Positions 51,072 through 61,472 of a stretch of DNA of 64,000 nt are shown here, piece by piece. A program made the translations under genes and the position numbers. Each line of letters opens with the position of its first letter. Position 1 is the first letter of the stretch. Location of the stretch: sequence record OR896157.1; one strand, given 5' to 3'. Origin of the DNA: a phage. Below the pieces are notes generated by a model that made no database searches, was not told the DNA's origin, and worked only from the letters and a program-made list of their open reading frames with translations.

Positions 51072-51887
51072 ATGCTGAAAGACATCCTGCTCCAGGAAGC
51101 TCAGAATATTGAAGCTACCGTAGCTGTGGACAGTATTTTCGAATCGGTCGAGCTTTCTCCGGAAGTAAAAGCGAAGTTCGAAACTGTATTCGAAGCAACT
51201 GTAAAGAAACATGCCGTTGAATTGGCTGAATCCCACATTACCAAAATTGCTGAAATGGCTGACGAAAAGCTGAAAGACGCTAAAGAAGAAGCCGAAGAAA
51301 AAGCTGAAAAGAAACTGACCGAACATGCTTCACGTTTCTTCAATCACATCGCTCAAGAATGGATGAACGAAAACAAACTGGCTGTTGATAAAGGCATCAA
51401 AGCTGAACTGTTTGAATCCATGTTCGCTGGTATGAAAGAACTGTTCGTTGAACACAACGTTGTTCTGCCAGAAGAATCAGTTGATGTAGTTGCTGAAATG
51501 GAAGAAGAACTGGCTGAAGCTCGTGAAGAAATCAGCAATCTGTTCGAAGGTATTTCTGCTCGCGACGAAAAAATTAATACCATGCTGCGTGAAAGCGCTG
51601 TAATGGAATCAACTAAAGACTTGACCGACGTTCAGAAAGAGAAAGTAGCTTCTCTGACCGAAGGTATGGAATATTCCGACGAATTCTCAAGTAAGCTGTC
51701 TGCCATCGTCGAAATGGTTAAAGGCTCCGTCGAGAAAGAGGTAGTAAATGAAAGCATAAATACTACCGACAATGATGCTGACGGTCTCAACTTCATTACT
51801 GAAGAACACATTGAGCCAGAAGAAAAAGTATCAAAACAGCCATCGATGATGGACGCATACGTAGCCTCTGCGGCACGTCTTTCTTAA
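51072..51887 (+). CDS. 22: prohead scaffold protein gp22
   Basis: 271 aa, Glu/Lys-rich helical. Confidence 0.85.
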   Translation: MLKDILLQEAQNIEATVAVDSIFESVELSPEVKAKFETVFEATVKKHAVELAESHITKIAEMADEKLKDAKEEAEEKAEKKLTEHASRFFNHIAQEWMNENKLAVDKGIKAELFESMFAGMKELFVEHNVVLPEESVDVVAEMEEELAEAREEISNLFEGISARDEKINTMLRESAVMESTKDLTDVQKEKVASLTEGMEYSDEFSSKLSAIVEMVKGSVEKEVVNESINTTDNDADGLNFITEEHIEPEEKVSKQPSMMDAYVASAARLS

Positions 51888-51909
51888 TTTTTAAAAGGTT
51901 ATAAAACAC

Positions 51910-53472
51910 ATGAAAAAGATTAATCCGTTAGTAGAAAAATGGACTCCGCTGCTTGAGAACGAAGCACTGCCTGAAATCGTTGGTGCTGGTAAAAAAGCTC
52001 TGATTGCAAAAATCATGGAAAACCAGGAATCAGCTATTAAAACTGAACCTGCATTCCGTGATGAAAAAATCGCTGAAGCATTTGGTTCGTTCCTGACTGA
52101 AGCAGAAATTGGTGGTGACCACGGTTATGATGCTCAAAACATCGCTGCTGGCCAGACATCAGGCGCAGTAACTCAGATTGGACCAGCTGTTATGGGCATG
52201 GTACGTCGTGCAATTCCTAACCTGATTGCTTTCGACATCTGCGGTGTTCAGCCAATGAGTTCTCCAACCGGACAGGTATTCGCTCTGCGTGCTGTTTACG
52301 GTAAAGACCCTCTGGCCGCTGGTGCTAAAGAAGCATTCCACCCAATGTACGCTCCAGATGCAATGTTCTCTGGTCAGGGTGCTGCTCAGAAATTCGCTCC
52401 TGTAAAAGCTGCTGACGTTCTGACTGTTGGTACTATCGTAGTTCACGATTTCGCTGACGTTGGTCGCGCTTACTTCCAGGTTGCTGAAGGTTTCACCGTA
52501 GACGCTGGTGCTACCGATGCTGAAAAACTGGATAAAGCAGTTAAAGCTGCTGAAGAAGCTGGTCAGCTGGTAGAAATCGCTGAAGGTATGGCTACCTCCG
52601 TAGCTGAACTGCAGGAAAACTTCAACGGTTCTACTGATAACCCATGGAATGAAATGGGCTTCCGTATCGATAAGCAAGTTATCGAAGCTAAATCTCGTCA
52701 GCTGAAAGCTCAGTACTCTATTGAACTGGCTCAAGACTTACGTGCTGTTCATGGTATGGACGCGGATGCTGAACTGTCTGGTATTCTGGCTACCGAAATC
52801 ATGCTGGAAATCAACCGTGAAGTTGTAGACTGGATTAACTACTCTGCGCAACTGGGTAAAACCGGTATGACTCAGACCGTTGGTTCTAAAGCTGGTGTAT
52901 TTGACTTCCAGGACCCAGTAGATATTCGTGGCGCTCGTTGGGCAGGTGAAAGCTTCAAAGCTCTTCTGTTCCAAATCGATAAAGAAGCTGCTGAAATCGC
53001 ACGTCAGACTGGTCGTGGTGCTGGTAACTTCATCATCGCTTCTCGTAACGTAGTTAACGCTCTGGCAGCTGTTGACACTGGCGTTACTCCTGCTGCTCAG
53101 GGTCTGGGTCAAGGCTTCAATGCTGATACCACTAAGACTGTGTTCGCAGGTATTCTGGGCGGTCGTTATAAAGTATACATCGACCAGTACGCTCGTCAGG
53201 ACTACTTCACCATTGGTTACAAAGGTGCTAACGAGATGGATGCTGGTATCTACTACGCTCCATACGTTGCTCTGACTCCACTGCGTGGTTCCGACCCGAA
53301 AAACTTCCAGCCGGTCATGGGGTTCAAAACCCGTTACGGTATTGGTATCAACCCGTTTGCTGATAGTGCATCACAGCAGCCGAATGCTCGCATTCAGTCT
53401 GGTATGCCTTCTATCGTCAACTCCGTTGGTAAGAACGCGTACTTCCGTCGCATCTGGGTTAAAGGTCTGTAA
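51910..53472 (+). CDS. 23: major capsid protein gp23
   Basis: near-identical blocks to T4 gp23 (IGGDHGY, QIGPAVMGMVRRAIPNLIAFDICGVQPM, DPKNFQPVMGFKTRYGIGINPFA). Confidence 0.95.
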   Translation: MKKINPLVEKWTPLLENEALPEIVGAGKKALIAKIMENQESAIKTEPAFRDEKIAEAFGSFLTEAEIGGDHGYDAQNIAAGQTSGAVTQIGPAVMGMVRRAIPNLIAFDICGVQPMSSPTGQVFALRAVYGKDPLAAGAKEAFHPMYAPDAMFSGQGAAQKFAPVKAADVLTVGTIVVHDFADVGRAYFQVAEGFTVDAGATDAEKLDKAVKAAEEAGQLVEIAEGMATSVAELQENFNGSTDNPWNEMGFRIDKQVIEAKSRQLKAQYSIELAQDLRAVHGMDADAELSGILATEIMLEINREVVDWINYSAQLGKTGMTQTVGSKAGVFDFQDPVDIRGARWAGESFKALLFQIDKEAAEIARQTGRGAGNFIIASRNVVNALAAVDTGVTPAAQGLGQGFNADTTKTVFAGILGGRYKVYIDQYARQDYFTIGYKGANEMDAGIYYAPYVALTPLRGSDPKNFQPVMGFKTRYGIGINPFADSASQQPNARIQSGMPSIVNSVGKNAYFRRIWVKGL

Positions 53473-53483
53473 TCCAATTAAAT

Positions 53484-53501
53484 GGGAGCCGCAAGGCTCC
53501 C
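53484..53501 (+). terminator. hairpin gggagcc-gcaa-ggcuccc plus U-rich tail
   Basis: after gene 23. Confidence 0.5.
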
Positions 53502-53557
53502 ATTGTTGTTTCTACGGATGATAAATAAAAGTATAATCCACTAGAGGAAAAGCGACG

Positions 53558-54841
53558 ATGGCTAACATCCATGACCTTCTGCGCGAATCAACTACAACGA
53601 CGAGTTCAATTTCTGCCCGTCCTAGCCTCGTTGCATTGACTCGCGCTACTACTAAATTAATTTACTCTGATATTGTAGCTACTCAGCGTACTACTCAACC
53701 TACTGCTGCTTTCTATGGTATCAAATACTTGAACCCTAACAAAGAATTAACGTTCCTTACTGGTGCTACCTACGCAGGTCAAACTGGTACTGAGGACCGT
53801 AAGTCTATTGAAACATTAACTGCTTCAAATAAAGATTCATTTGGCAAGGGCGATTTATTCAAATACAATGACATTGTTTACAAAGTACTTGTAGATAATC
53901 CATTTGACCAGATTACTGAAACTGATTTAGAAGTTGTAATTCAGATTTCTCTGGTTAAACTCACTACTCGTTTAATGTCTGATGCTGCTATCACTTCCAA
54001 GTTTGAAACTGCTGGAGCTGATATCGCTGAAGCTAAATTCCAAATTGATAAATGGCAGACTCAGGTTAAATCTCGTAAACTTAAAACGAGTTTGACTGTT
54101 GAATTGGCCCAGGACCTTGAAGCTAACGGCTTTGATGCTTCTAATTTTATCGATGATTTACTGGCTACTGAAATGGCCGATGAAATTAACAAAGACATTT
54201 TACAAAGTCTTGTGACAGTTTCAAAACGATATAAAGTTGAAGGTATCACAGATACTGGATTCATCGATTTATCTTATGCATCTGCTCCAGAAGCTGGTCG
54301 TTCTCTGTATCGCATGGTATGCGAAATGGTTTCTCATATTCAGCGTTCAACATCCTTTACTGCAACGTTTGCTGTAGCATCTACTCGTGCTGCTGCTGTT
54401 CTTGCTGCATCAGGTTGGTTGAAGCACCAAGCTGGTGACGATGAATATCTGTCAGAGAATGCCTATGGTTTCCTGGCGAATGGTTTGCCTCTGTATTGCG
54501 ATACTAACACTCCACTTGATTATGTAATTGTCGGTGTAGTAGAAGATATTGGTGATAAAGAAGTTGTATCGAGTATTTTCTATGCTCCATACACTGAAGG
54601 TATCGACCTTGATGACCCGGAACATGTTGGTGCATTTAAAGTAATTGTTGACCCAGAAAGCTTACAGCCTTCTGTAGCTTTACTCGTTCGTTATGCACTG
54701 TCTGCTAACCCGTATACTGTAGCTAAAGATGAAAAGGAAGCTCGAATCATTGATGGCGGGGATATGGATAAGATGGCAGGACGTTCTGATTTATCAGTTC
54801 TTCTTGGTGTTAAGTTACCAAAAATCATCATTGAAGACTAA
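53558..54841 (+). CDS. 24: head vertex protein gp24
   Basis: 427 aa, gp23 paralogue-like. Confidence 0.9.
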   Translation: MANIHDLLRESTTTTSSISARPSLVALTRATTKLIYSDIVATQRTTQPTAAFYGIKYLNPNKELTFLTGATYAGQTGTEDRKSIETLTASNKDSFGKGDLFKYNDIVYKVLVDNPFDQITETDLEVVIQISLVKLTTRLMSDAAITSKFETAGADIAEAKFQIDKWQTQVKSRKLKTSLTVELAQDLEANGFDASNFIDDLLATEMADEINKDILQSLVTVSKRYKVEGITDTGFIDLSYASAPEAGRSLYRMVCEMVSHIQRSTSFTATFAVASTRAAAVLAASGWLKHQAGDDEYLSENAYGFLANGLPLYCDTNTPLDYVIVGVVEDIGDKEVVSSIFYAPYTEGIDLDDPEHVGAFKVIVDPESLQPSVALLVRYALSANPYTVAKDEKEARIIDGGDMDKMAGRSDLSVLLGVKLPKIIIED

Positions 54842-54844
54842 AAG

Positions 54845-54870
54845 AAAGGGAACCTCACGGTTCCCTTTTG
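54845..54870. terminator. bidirectional hairpin aagggaacc-ucac-gguucccuu
   Basis: between convergent gene 24 and ORF 54874..55419. Confidence 0.5.
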
Positions 54871-54873
54871 TAG

Positions 54874-55419
54874 TTATAAAGCAAATATATCGAATGTTGG
54901 CGCGTACTTGTCTTTGAATCTCTGATAGATTTCCTTTTCATACAGATTGTAGCAAGGTATCCCATGACGCTTAGCTATATCAACGGCCACTCGTGTCCCT
55001 CCAGTAACGCTAGAGAGTTTTATTGGAGCATAGAATAGTACCATATCCACGGGTGACTGGCAGTCCTCTCCGAGCACCTGAAGTGCATTGCGGGCAAATA
55101 AAGTCTTCACTATATCCCGGCACTCATCCCAGTAACTTGTCACTTCTCTTACTTTAATTACACTCCTGATTCTCACTTCATTTGGAAAATCTTTCCACAC
55201 CTTTACTCCAACTCCGGTTTTAAGACCATTGAAGCCTTCGTATGGTATGATACGTAATGAACGCTCACGGTCGTATCTACTGAGCCATGATTCATCTGCA
55301 CCAGGAGCTCCTCCCGAATACGAAAAATGGCCCGACTCCGAAAGAGCCTGACCAGTTAATGACATGACATCTAAAACACGACGTGGCGTCTCTCGAGAAC
55401 CGATTAACGCCAAACGCAT
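54874..55419 (-). CDS. DprA/Smf-like (SLOG-type Rossmann) protein, tentative
   Basis: LIGSRETP...SGGAPGADE resembles DprA-family nucleotide-binding motif. Confidence 0.35.
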   Translation of the reverse strand: MRLALIGSRETPRRVLDVMSLTGQALSESGHFSYSGGAPGADESWLSRYDRERSLRIIPYEGFNGLKTGVGVKVWKDFPNEVRIRSVIKVREVTSYWDECRDIVKTLFARNALQVLGEDCQSPVDMVLFYAPIKLSSVTGGTRVAVDIAKRHGIPCYNLYEKEIYQRFKDKYAPTFDIFAL

Positions 55420-56423
55420 TAGTTACTTACCAGTTCAATCCAAACTGGACGAATTACGCCTTGCACGTAATTGACAAGTTCTTTCTTGACTACATCAGGA
55501 TTGTCTGCATCGGTAATGAAGATTTCTTCACGACCAGCTTCTTCCAGAATGTCCTGGACAGTAAGACCCATAACTTTGCCAAAGTCTTTTGGACCAACTT
55601 GACCAATCTTACTGATAACGTTATTGACTCGGTTCAGAGTAGCATAAGCTGCCAGGGTGGAGAAAGTTACCTTATCAACATCAGTCAGTTCAACCTTAGC
55701 TTTAATAGGCTTATCGGATTTAGCTTTCTCAGAGAACTTGGAGTTCTTGCATTTAATAGCTACACGAGAACCGTTAGGGAAGAATTTAGGGTAGCATGGT
55801 TTCAGAACGTAGCCTTCGGCAACATTTTCATTTGATACTACAGCATCGTATGTTGCGGTATTAGCAATTTCCAAACCTGCATCTCTTACAATATCATTAT
55901 AATAATTTACAACTACGGATAAATCGTTTGGAATTTTAGCAAGGTCATCGAATTTACCACGACCCAGTAATGGAGCCATTTTAAACCCAAAAACATTACA
56001 CATGCGTTCCATCATGAAATCATCGACATAAGACGATTCACCGGATTCGGTAGTCACTTTAATATCAAAGACATAGAAGTCTTTTTCACCGTAATCAACA
56101 CCTTTCTGAATTCCGCCACCAGCAAATTCACCAAAGATTTGATAAGCTACAGTAGCACCAGTCAGTGCAGCTTGAACAGCTTTAAATGACTCGTTATAGC
56201 GACCCATGATAACCATATAGCCAAAGAAGTCTTCTGCTGGCAGAATAGGACCAGTACGCTTGGCAGGCTGAATTGAATCTTTAGTTACGATAACAGAGAA
56301 GTTAGTGCCGTGAATTTTCTCACGCGCTACCCAAGTTTCAGAGACATCAAAACCAGCATTACGAATACGCTCAATGAATTTACCGTTGTAGTGGTTCTCG
56401 AGCGTTGAATATTTCTCAAACAT
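55419..56423 (-). CDS. rnlB: RNA ligase 2
   Basis: 334 aa; [12 protein letters not shown] (KxHGxN), [26 protein letters not shown] very close to T4 Rnl2. Confidence 0.95.
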   Translation of the reverse strand: MFEKYSTLENHYNGKFIERIRNAGFDVSETWVAREKIHGTNFSVIVTKDSIQPAKRTGPILPAEDFFGYMVIMGRYNESFKAVQAALTGATVAYQIFGEFAGGGIQKGVDYGEKDFYVFDIKVTTESGESSYVDDFMMERMCNVFGFKMAPLLGRGKFDDLAKIPNDLSVVVNYYNDIVRDAGLEIANTATYDAVVSNENVAEGYVLKPCYPKFFPNGSRVAIKCKNSKFSEKAKSDKPIKAKVELTDVDKVTFSTLAAYATLNRVNNVISKIGQVGPKDFGKVMGLTVQDILEEAGREEIFITDADNPDVVKKELVNYVQGVIRPVWIELVSN

Positions 56424-56431
56424 ATTTCACC

Positions 56432-56689
56432 TTAGAATTTAATTTTGAAAGACTGACCTTGATAGTCAGCATTGAACTCATATGAGAAGCCATTTTTAGA
56501 AAAGAATACTTTCATAGCTTCTACATTATTGCTCCATTTTTCTGGAACAATATAAAACGTTTCAAACTTACCACGTTGTGCTGCGTTCCGCAGGTTATCT
56601 TTAATATGAGCTTTAATATCTTCTGGTAGTTCATCACGCACACCCTGTGCCAATGCTCTGTATTCTTGAGCTAGACTCATTATAATCAC
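56432..56689 (-). CDS. hypothetical protein
   Basis: 85-aa ORF. Confidence 0.45.
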   Translation of the reverse strand: MIIMSLAQEYRALAQGVRDELPEDIKAHIKDNLRNAAQRGKFETFYIVPEKWSNNVEAMKVFFSKNGFSYEFNADYQGQSFKIKF

Positions 56690-56794
56690 CGTATAAATAT
56701 CAATAATTAGGGAGGGTTCTATCCTTCTATGGTCAAGCGTATGTACTAGAAAGAATCCGTGAAACCATTATACCACGCGGATTCTTTAAGCATA

Positions 56795-57148
56795 TTATAG
56801 AGGGATTACTTTATACTTCTTATTGCCACGAGCATCACGCTTACAAACTAATTTGCACTTCGTACCGCTTGCGATAGTGTAGTCTTCATCAACCTTCATC
56901 CGCATCCAGTCTAATACCATTCCAGATGGGTTAAAAGATTTTTCAACTTCAACCATAATCTTCGTTCCAGATTTATAGAACTTCGATTCTTGTTGTACAT
57001 GGTCAGCCAATGCTCGAGAAAATGCAGACGGACTCAGGAATTTGTTATAACCATGAGCTGCAGCTACAAATGTGTTATCTAATGCATGCTGAATGTTTTT
57101 GATAACTACCTTAGAATATCCAAGGTGTTTTTCAGGATACTGATTCAT
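56795..57148 (-). CDS. hypothetical protein
   Basis: 117-aa ORF. Confidence 0.45.
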   Translation of the reverse strand: MNQYPEKHLGYSKVVIKNIQHALDNTFVAAAHGYNKFLSPSAFSRALADHVQQESKFYKSGTKIMVEVEKSFNPSGMVLDWMRMKVDEDYTIASGTKCKLVCKRDARGNKKYKVIPL

Positions 57149-57374
57149 TAAATCCCCTCATATGTTTTACGAGTTGTTGATGACGAGATTCTACATCAGT
57201 ATTAGATAAGCGTTTACGATAGACGATGATTTCTCTTCGTTTAACTCGTGACCGAGCGGCTTCAACCTTTGCGTAATGCAGTGCAGCTTCTTCTGGCTTA
57301 ATGCCAGCTTCTCGAGCGATTTCAATAAAGCTCATGCCGTTTTCATGCTTAAAATGAATCTCAATCGGTGTCAT
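57132..57374 (-). CDS. hypothetical protein
   Basis: 80-aa ORF. Confidence 0.4.
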   Translation of the reverse strand: MTPIEIHFKHENGMSFIEIAREAGIKPEEAALHYAKVEAARSRVKRREIIVYRKRLSNTDVESRHQQLVKHMRGFNESVS

Positions 57375-57427
57375 TACTTTATCCTACAGTGAAAGTTGTT
57401 GGTATAATACCACTCTCTAGAAAAAGC

Positions 57428-57451
57428 AAAAGGAGCCCGAAGGCTCCTTTT
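57428..57451 (-). terminator. hairpin aaaaggagcc-uucg-ggcuccuuuu
   Basis: 10-bp stem with UUCG loop and flanking A/U runs, downstream of hoc. Confidence 0.55.
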
Positions 57452-58853
57452 AATAGATGATGCCAGCTTCTAAAGCTGAACGATGAACAATACGTCCATT
57501 CCGTGATTCTTGCACATCAACTTCTGGATAATCATCTAGCATTTTAGCTAGTGTATATCGGTGCAAGTAATAATCGCTGTCGGTGTCATCAAGTTTCCAA
57601 TCTTTTCCTGCGACAGTCATTTCTTGGATTTCATCCATGACCCACCAACCACACCAGATATAGGCTGTTCCTCGGAATGGCAGAGGATGAATATACGGAA
57701 GTTCTCCATCAGGGGCAGGAGCTACCCTTTTAGTAATAGTTACATCACCAGTTGTAGTGACTGTAACAGGAGTGTAATCTTCTGCGGAAACATCAACAGA
57801 AACACCAATCACTTGGGACCCTATATCAGACGTGTCAATCACTAAAGTGCTAGTAGAACCTTCTACAGGAGAACCATCTTTAGTCCAAGAATAAACCCCA
57901 GTTGCACCTTCAGGAGCACCGATAACATTGGCTTTAAAAGACGCCTCAGACCCCTGCTCGGTCGTAATAGACTCAGGAGTCAAAGTAACTGAAACCCCGC
58001 TCATGGTCTTTTTGGTAATCGTTACATTACCGGTTTTAGTAACTGTAACGGGTTTATAATCTGGAGCAGAAACAACAGCAGAAACCTCAATTGCCTGCGA
58101 CCCGATAGTGGATGTATCAATTTCTAGCGTACTTGTTGAGCCTTCTATAGGAGAACCGTCTTTGGCCCATGAGTAAGCTACAGATGCTCCCGCCGGCGCT
58201 CCAGTAACATCGGCTTTAAAAGATGCTTCTGCTCCCTTTTCAGCGGTAATTGAACTAGGCGTCAGAGTAACAGAAACACCACTCATGGTCTTTTTAGTGA
58301 TGGTTACGCTAGCACCTTTGCTTACAGTCACTGGATTGTAATCTGGTGCAGAAACTGTTGCTTCACAATTCAGAGTATAATTAGCCTCTGCTGACTCAGT
58401 TATGGTAATCGTTTTAGCAGTCTGACCTTCAATAACGACAGTACCACGCTTCCAAACATAAGCAATGCTTGCACCTTCTGGAGCACCAACAACGTTAGCC
58501 GTAACTACCTGAGACTGGCCAATTTCTTTAGAAACAGAAGTCGGGCTCAAAGTTAAAGTAATCGCAGGCATAGTTTTGTTCTGAACTGTAAGAGTGGTTT
58601 CTGCCTCAGCAGTTTCTGCCTCACCCTCTGCTGGGGTAACAGTAGCAACTACTTTAACAGTCTTACTGCCGGCAGGTCCTGCAGCAACATAATTCATAGC
58701 TGCGGTGACAGAAGATTGTTTTACGCCATTTACTGTCCATACAAACGTTTCTGTGCCTTCAGCTGCGGCTCCAGAAGTTGTTGCAGTAAAATTGGTTGTT
58801 GCTCCAATGACTGCCGAAGCAGCCAAAGGAGCAATAGATACGCTATAAGCCAT
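57450..58853 (-). CDS. hoc: Hoc-like outer capsid protein with tandem Ig-like domains
   Basis: repeated ~90-aa Ig-like units (KKTMSGVSVTLTP...) and C-terminal capsid-binding-like domain; position between rnlB and uvsW. Confidence 0.75.
   Translation of the reverse strand: MAYSVSIAPLAASAVIGATTNFTATTSGAAAEGTETFVWTVNGVKQSSVTAAMNYVAAGPAGSKTVKVVATVTPAEGEAETAEAETTLTVQNKTMPAITLTLSPTSVSKEIGQSQVVTANVVGAPEGASIAYVWKRGTVVIEGQTAKTITITESAEANYTLNCEATVSAPDYNPVTVSKGASVTITKKTMSGVSVTLTPSSITAEKGAEASFKADVTGAPAGASVAYSWAKDGSPIEGSTSTLEIDTSTIGSQAIEVSAVVSAPDYKPVTVTKTGNVTITKKTMSGVSVTLTPESITTEQGSEASFKANVIGAPEGATGVYSWTKDGSPVEGSTSTLVIDTSDIGSQVIGVSVDVSAEDYTPVTVTTTGDVTITKRVAPAPDGELPYIHPLPFRGTAYIWCGWWVMDEIQEMTVAGKDWKLDDTDSDYYLHRYTLAKMLDDYPEVDVQESRNGRIVHRSALEAGIIY
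57740..58300 (-). repeat. two tandem near-identical ~273-bp repeat units inside hoc
   Basis: DNA units beginning actcatggtcttttt... repeated; they encode the duplicated Ig-like domains. Confidence 0.6.
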
Positions 58854-58862
58854 AGGTGTTCC

Positions 58863-59618
58863 TTATTTTAAAGTTACAAATGAAGAATTACGTGTTTCAC
58901 GAATCATAACAGACCCGTTTCTTTTGATGTAATAAATTAAACTGAACAGTGTCTGGTGTGCTGATGGGTGTCCAAACGATGTTGGACGAGATTTCCAATC
59001 AGGATTGTCTTTAATCCATTGGTAAATCCACCAAGGAAGAGTAACATATCCTGGATTCTTACCTAACAATTGGGTGTTTGGACTAAAGTTTTCAGGAAGT
59101 TCAACAATTTCTTCATTGTTAATAATTTTAACAGCCTTATCCATTTCTTCATTAAACTTTTCTTGGGTGATTGCAGTCACTGGAATAGTATGAACTTTAT
59201 CATCTGCAACTGTAATCACGGAATCACCGATTGGGGCTTCAAGAATAACGCCTTTAACCGGGTCCATTGGCTTACCAAAATGAGGGTCGATATCAGTTAC
59301 TTTCACTTGTGGCGCATCAGAAGATACAGAATCAATCAATAGACGAGCTTCTTCTTTAGCCTCATCTTTAAAAATAGCAGTGCCTTTGGCCTCGTCGTCA
59401 GCTTGAATAAGGTCATAGATTGAAAGACCGTCATTCTGCTCTGGCATGGGTTCATTAGCAAGTTTGGCCAATTCGACTTCAAGGTCAGCGACCATATTGT
59501 CAAAGGCTTTAGTTTTCTTCAGCTTGATGCCGAAGGTTTCAGCGTACTCGGCAAGCTTTTCTTTGGCTTCTTTTTTCTCAAGTGCACCGATTTCAGCAAT
59601 ATAATCTTTATCTAACAT
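58863..59618 (-). CDS. inh: Inh-like protein (inhibitor of prohead protease), by position
   Basis: start taken at MLDKDYIAEI; lies between hoc and uvsW as in T4. Confidence 0.45.
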   Translation of the reverse strand: MLDKDYIAEIGALEKKEAKEKLAEYAETFGIKLKKTKAFDNMVADLEVELAKLANEPMPEQNDGLSIYDLIQADDEAKGTAIFKDEAKEEARLLIDSVSSDAPQVKVTDIDPHFGKPMDPVKGVILEAPIGDSVITVADDKVHTIPVTAITQEKFNEEMDKAVKIINNEEIVELPENFSPNTQLLGKNPGYVTLPWWIYQWIKDNPDWKSRPTSFGHPSAHQTLFSLIYYIKRNGSVMIRETRNSSFVTLK

Positions 59619-59633
59619 AGTAGCCTCGTTGTG

Positions 59634-59641
59634 TATAAATA
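59634..59641 (+). promoter_or_regulatory. late promoter TATAAATA for uvsW
   Basis: exact motif; a second TATAAATA on minus strand at 59648-59655 faces inh. Confidence 0.55.
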
Positions 59642-59670
59642 TAAATGTATTTATAACTAAGGAATCGGCA

Positions 59671-61173
59671 ATGCACGATATCAATGTAAAATTTCATGAT
59701 TTTAGTCATGTGTTTATTGAGTGTGATGAATCCACATTCCATGAACTAAGAGACTATTTTAGTTTTGAAGCTGATGGCTACAAATTCAATCCAAAGTATC
59801 GTTATGGACATTGGGATGGACGTATTCGTCTTCTGAACTATGACCGTCTGTTACCGTTCGGCCTAGTCGGACAAATCCGTAAATTCGCAAATAGCATGGG
59901 TTATTCAGTTTACTTCGAACCGAAGATTTTTGAGACTGAAGAAATAACTCGCAAAGATTTTGATGACTGGCTTGGTAATCTCAATATTTACTCTGGGAGT
60001 AAAAAGATTGAGCCTCACTGGTATCAGAAAGATGCTGTGTTTGAAGGGTTAGTGAATCGTCGTCGAATTTTGAACCTTCCAACATCTGCTGGTAAATCTT
60101 TAATCCAATGCTTACTTGCGCGTTATTATGTTGAGAACTATGAAGGTAAAATTTTAATCATCGTTCCAACAACAGCATTAGTTGACCAGATGATTAATGA
60201 CTTCTGTGATTATCGTCTGTTTGGCAAACAACATTGTCTTGGTATTCGCTCAGGTACAAAGCGCGATTCAGATGCAATGATTTATGTTGCCACCTGGCAG
60301 ACAGCCGTTAAACAACCAAAAGAATGGTTTCACCAATTCGGCATGATGATGAATGACGAATGTCATCTGGCTACTGGCAAATCTATTTCAACTATCGTTG
60401 CTGGTTTAAATAATTGCATGTTTAAGTTCGGCTTGTCTGGTTCATTAAAAGACGGCAAAGCTAACGTGATGCAGTATGTTGGAATGTTCGGTGAAATTTT
60501 CCGTCCAGTTTCAACATCTCAGCTCATGGAAGATGGTCAAGTAACTGACTTAAAAATTAACTCAATCTTCCTTCGTTACCCAGACGAATTCACCACTAAA
60601 ATGAAAGGTAAAACTTACCAAGAAGAAATCAAGGTAATTACCAGCGCAAAACGTCGTAACAAATGGGTAGCTAATTTAGCTGTAAAACTGGCCAAAAGAA
60701 ATGAAAACGCGTTCTTGATGTTCAAACATGTTGCTCATGGTAAAGAGCTGTTTGAAATGATTAAAGAACTTGGACATGAGAAGGTGTATTACGTTTCAGG
60801 CGAAGTATCAACTGAAGTTCGTAACGCATTGAAGGTAATGGCTGAAAACGGTACGGGGATTATTGTAGTTGCATCTTACGGTGTATTCTCTACTGGTATT
60901 TCCGTTAAGAATCTTCACCATGTTATTTTAGCTCATCCAGTTAAGTCTAAAATTATCGTTCTGCAGACTATCGGTCGTGTACTTCGTAAGCATGATTCTA
61001 AATCAATTGCTACAGTATGGGATATCATCGATGATATGGGTGTTAAACCAAAATCAGCAAATGCCAAGAAGAAATACGTTCATTTGAACTATGCTTTAAA
61101 GCACGCGCTGGAGCGCATTCAGAGATATGCAGACGAAAAATTCAATTACGTAATGAAACAAATCGATATTTGA
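59671..61173 (+). CDS. uvsW: UvsW helicase
   Basis: start at MHDINVKFHDF; near-identical blocks to T4 UvsW (RRILNLPTSAGKS, MMNDECH, TIGRVLR). Confidence 0.95.
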   Translation: MHDINVKFHDFSHVFIECDESTFHELRDYFSFEADGYKFNPKYRYGHWDGRIRLLNYDRLLPFGLVGQIRKFANSMGYSVYFEPKIFETEEITRKDFDDWLGNLNIYSGSKKIEPHWYQKDAVFEGLVNRRRILNLPTSAGKSLIQCLLARYYVENYEGKILIIVPTTALVDQMINDFCDYRLFGKQHCLGIRSGTKRDSDAMIYVATWQTAVKQPKEWFHQFGMMMNDECHLATGKSISTIVAGLNNCMFKFGLSGSLKDGKANVMQYVGMFGEIFRPVSTSQLMEDGQVTDLKINSIFLRYPDEFTTKMKGKTYQEEIKVITSAKRRNKWVANLAVKLAKRNENAFLMFKHVAHGKELFEMIKELGHEKVYYVSGEVSTEVRNALKVMAENGTGIIVVASYGVFSTGISVKNLHHVILAHPVKSKIIVLQTIGRVLRKHDSKSIATVWDIIDDMGVKPKSANAKKKYVHLNYALKHALERIQRYADEKFNYVMKQIDI

Positions 61174-61180
61174 GGAAGCT

Positions 61181-61420
61181 ATGAGCAATCTTAAAACTTT
61201 TGAACAAATCATTTACGAGGCATCGATTGATAACTTCATGAGCAAAATTAATTCTTGTCAGACTTTAGATGGTTTGAAAGAGCTTGAGAAGTATTATGAG
61301 AAGCGCTCAAAAGAAGCTGAGCTGGCTGATTCTGATGACATCAGTGTACGGGATGCTTTGGCGGGGCGTCGAGCTGAACTCGAAGCTGCAGATGATTCTG
61401 AGTCGGAAGAAGACTTCTAA
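61181..61420 (+). CDS. UvsW.1-like small protein
   Basis: 79 aa downstream of uvsW. Confidence 0.5.
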   Translation: MSNLKTFEQIIYEASIDNFMSKINSCQTLDGLKELEKYYEKRSKEAELADSDDISVRDALAGRRAELEAADDSESEEDF

Positions 61421-61427
61421 TAAAAAG

Positions 61428-61445
61428 GCCCCTCGAAAGAGGGGC
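61428..61445. terminator. bidirectional hairpin gccccuc-gaaa-gaggggc
   Basis: between convergent genes. Confidence 0.5.
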
Positions 61446-61472
61446 AAACCACAAGTGGCATAAAACACTAGG

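Noticed and set aside
52159-53112. Two minus-strand ORFs (191 and 124 aa)
   Set aside because: Lie entirely inside the major capsid gene 23 on the opposite strand
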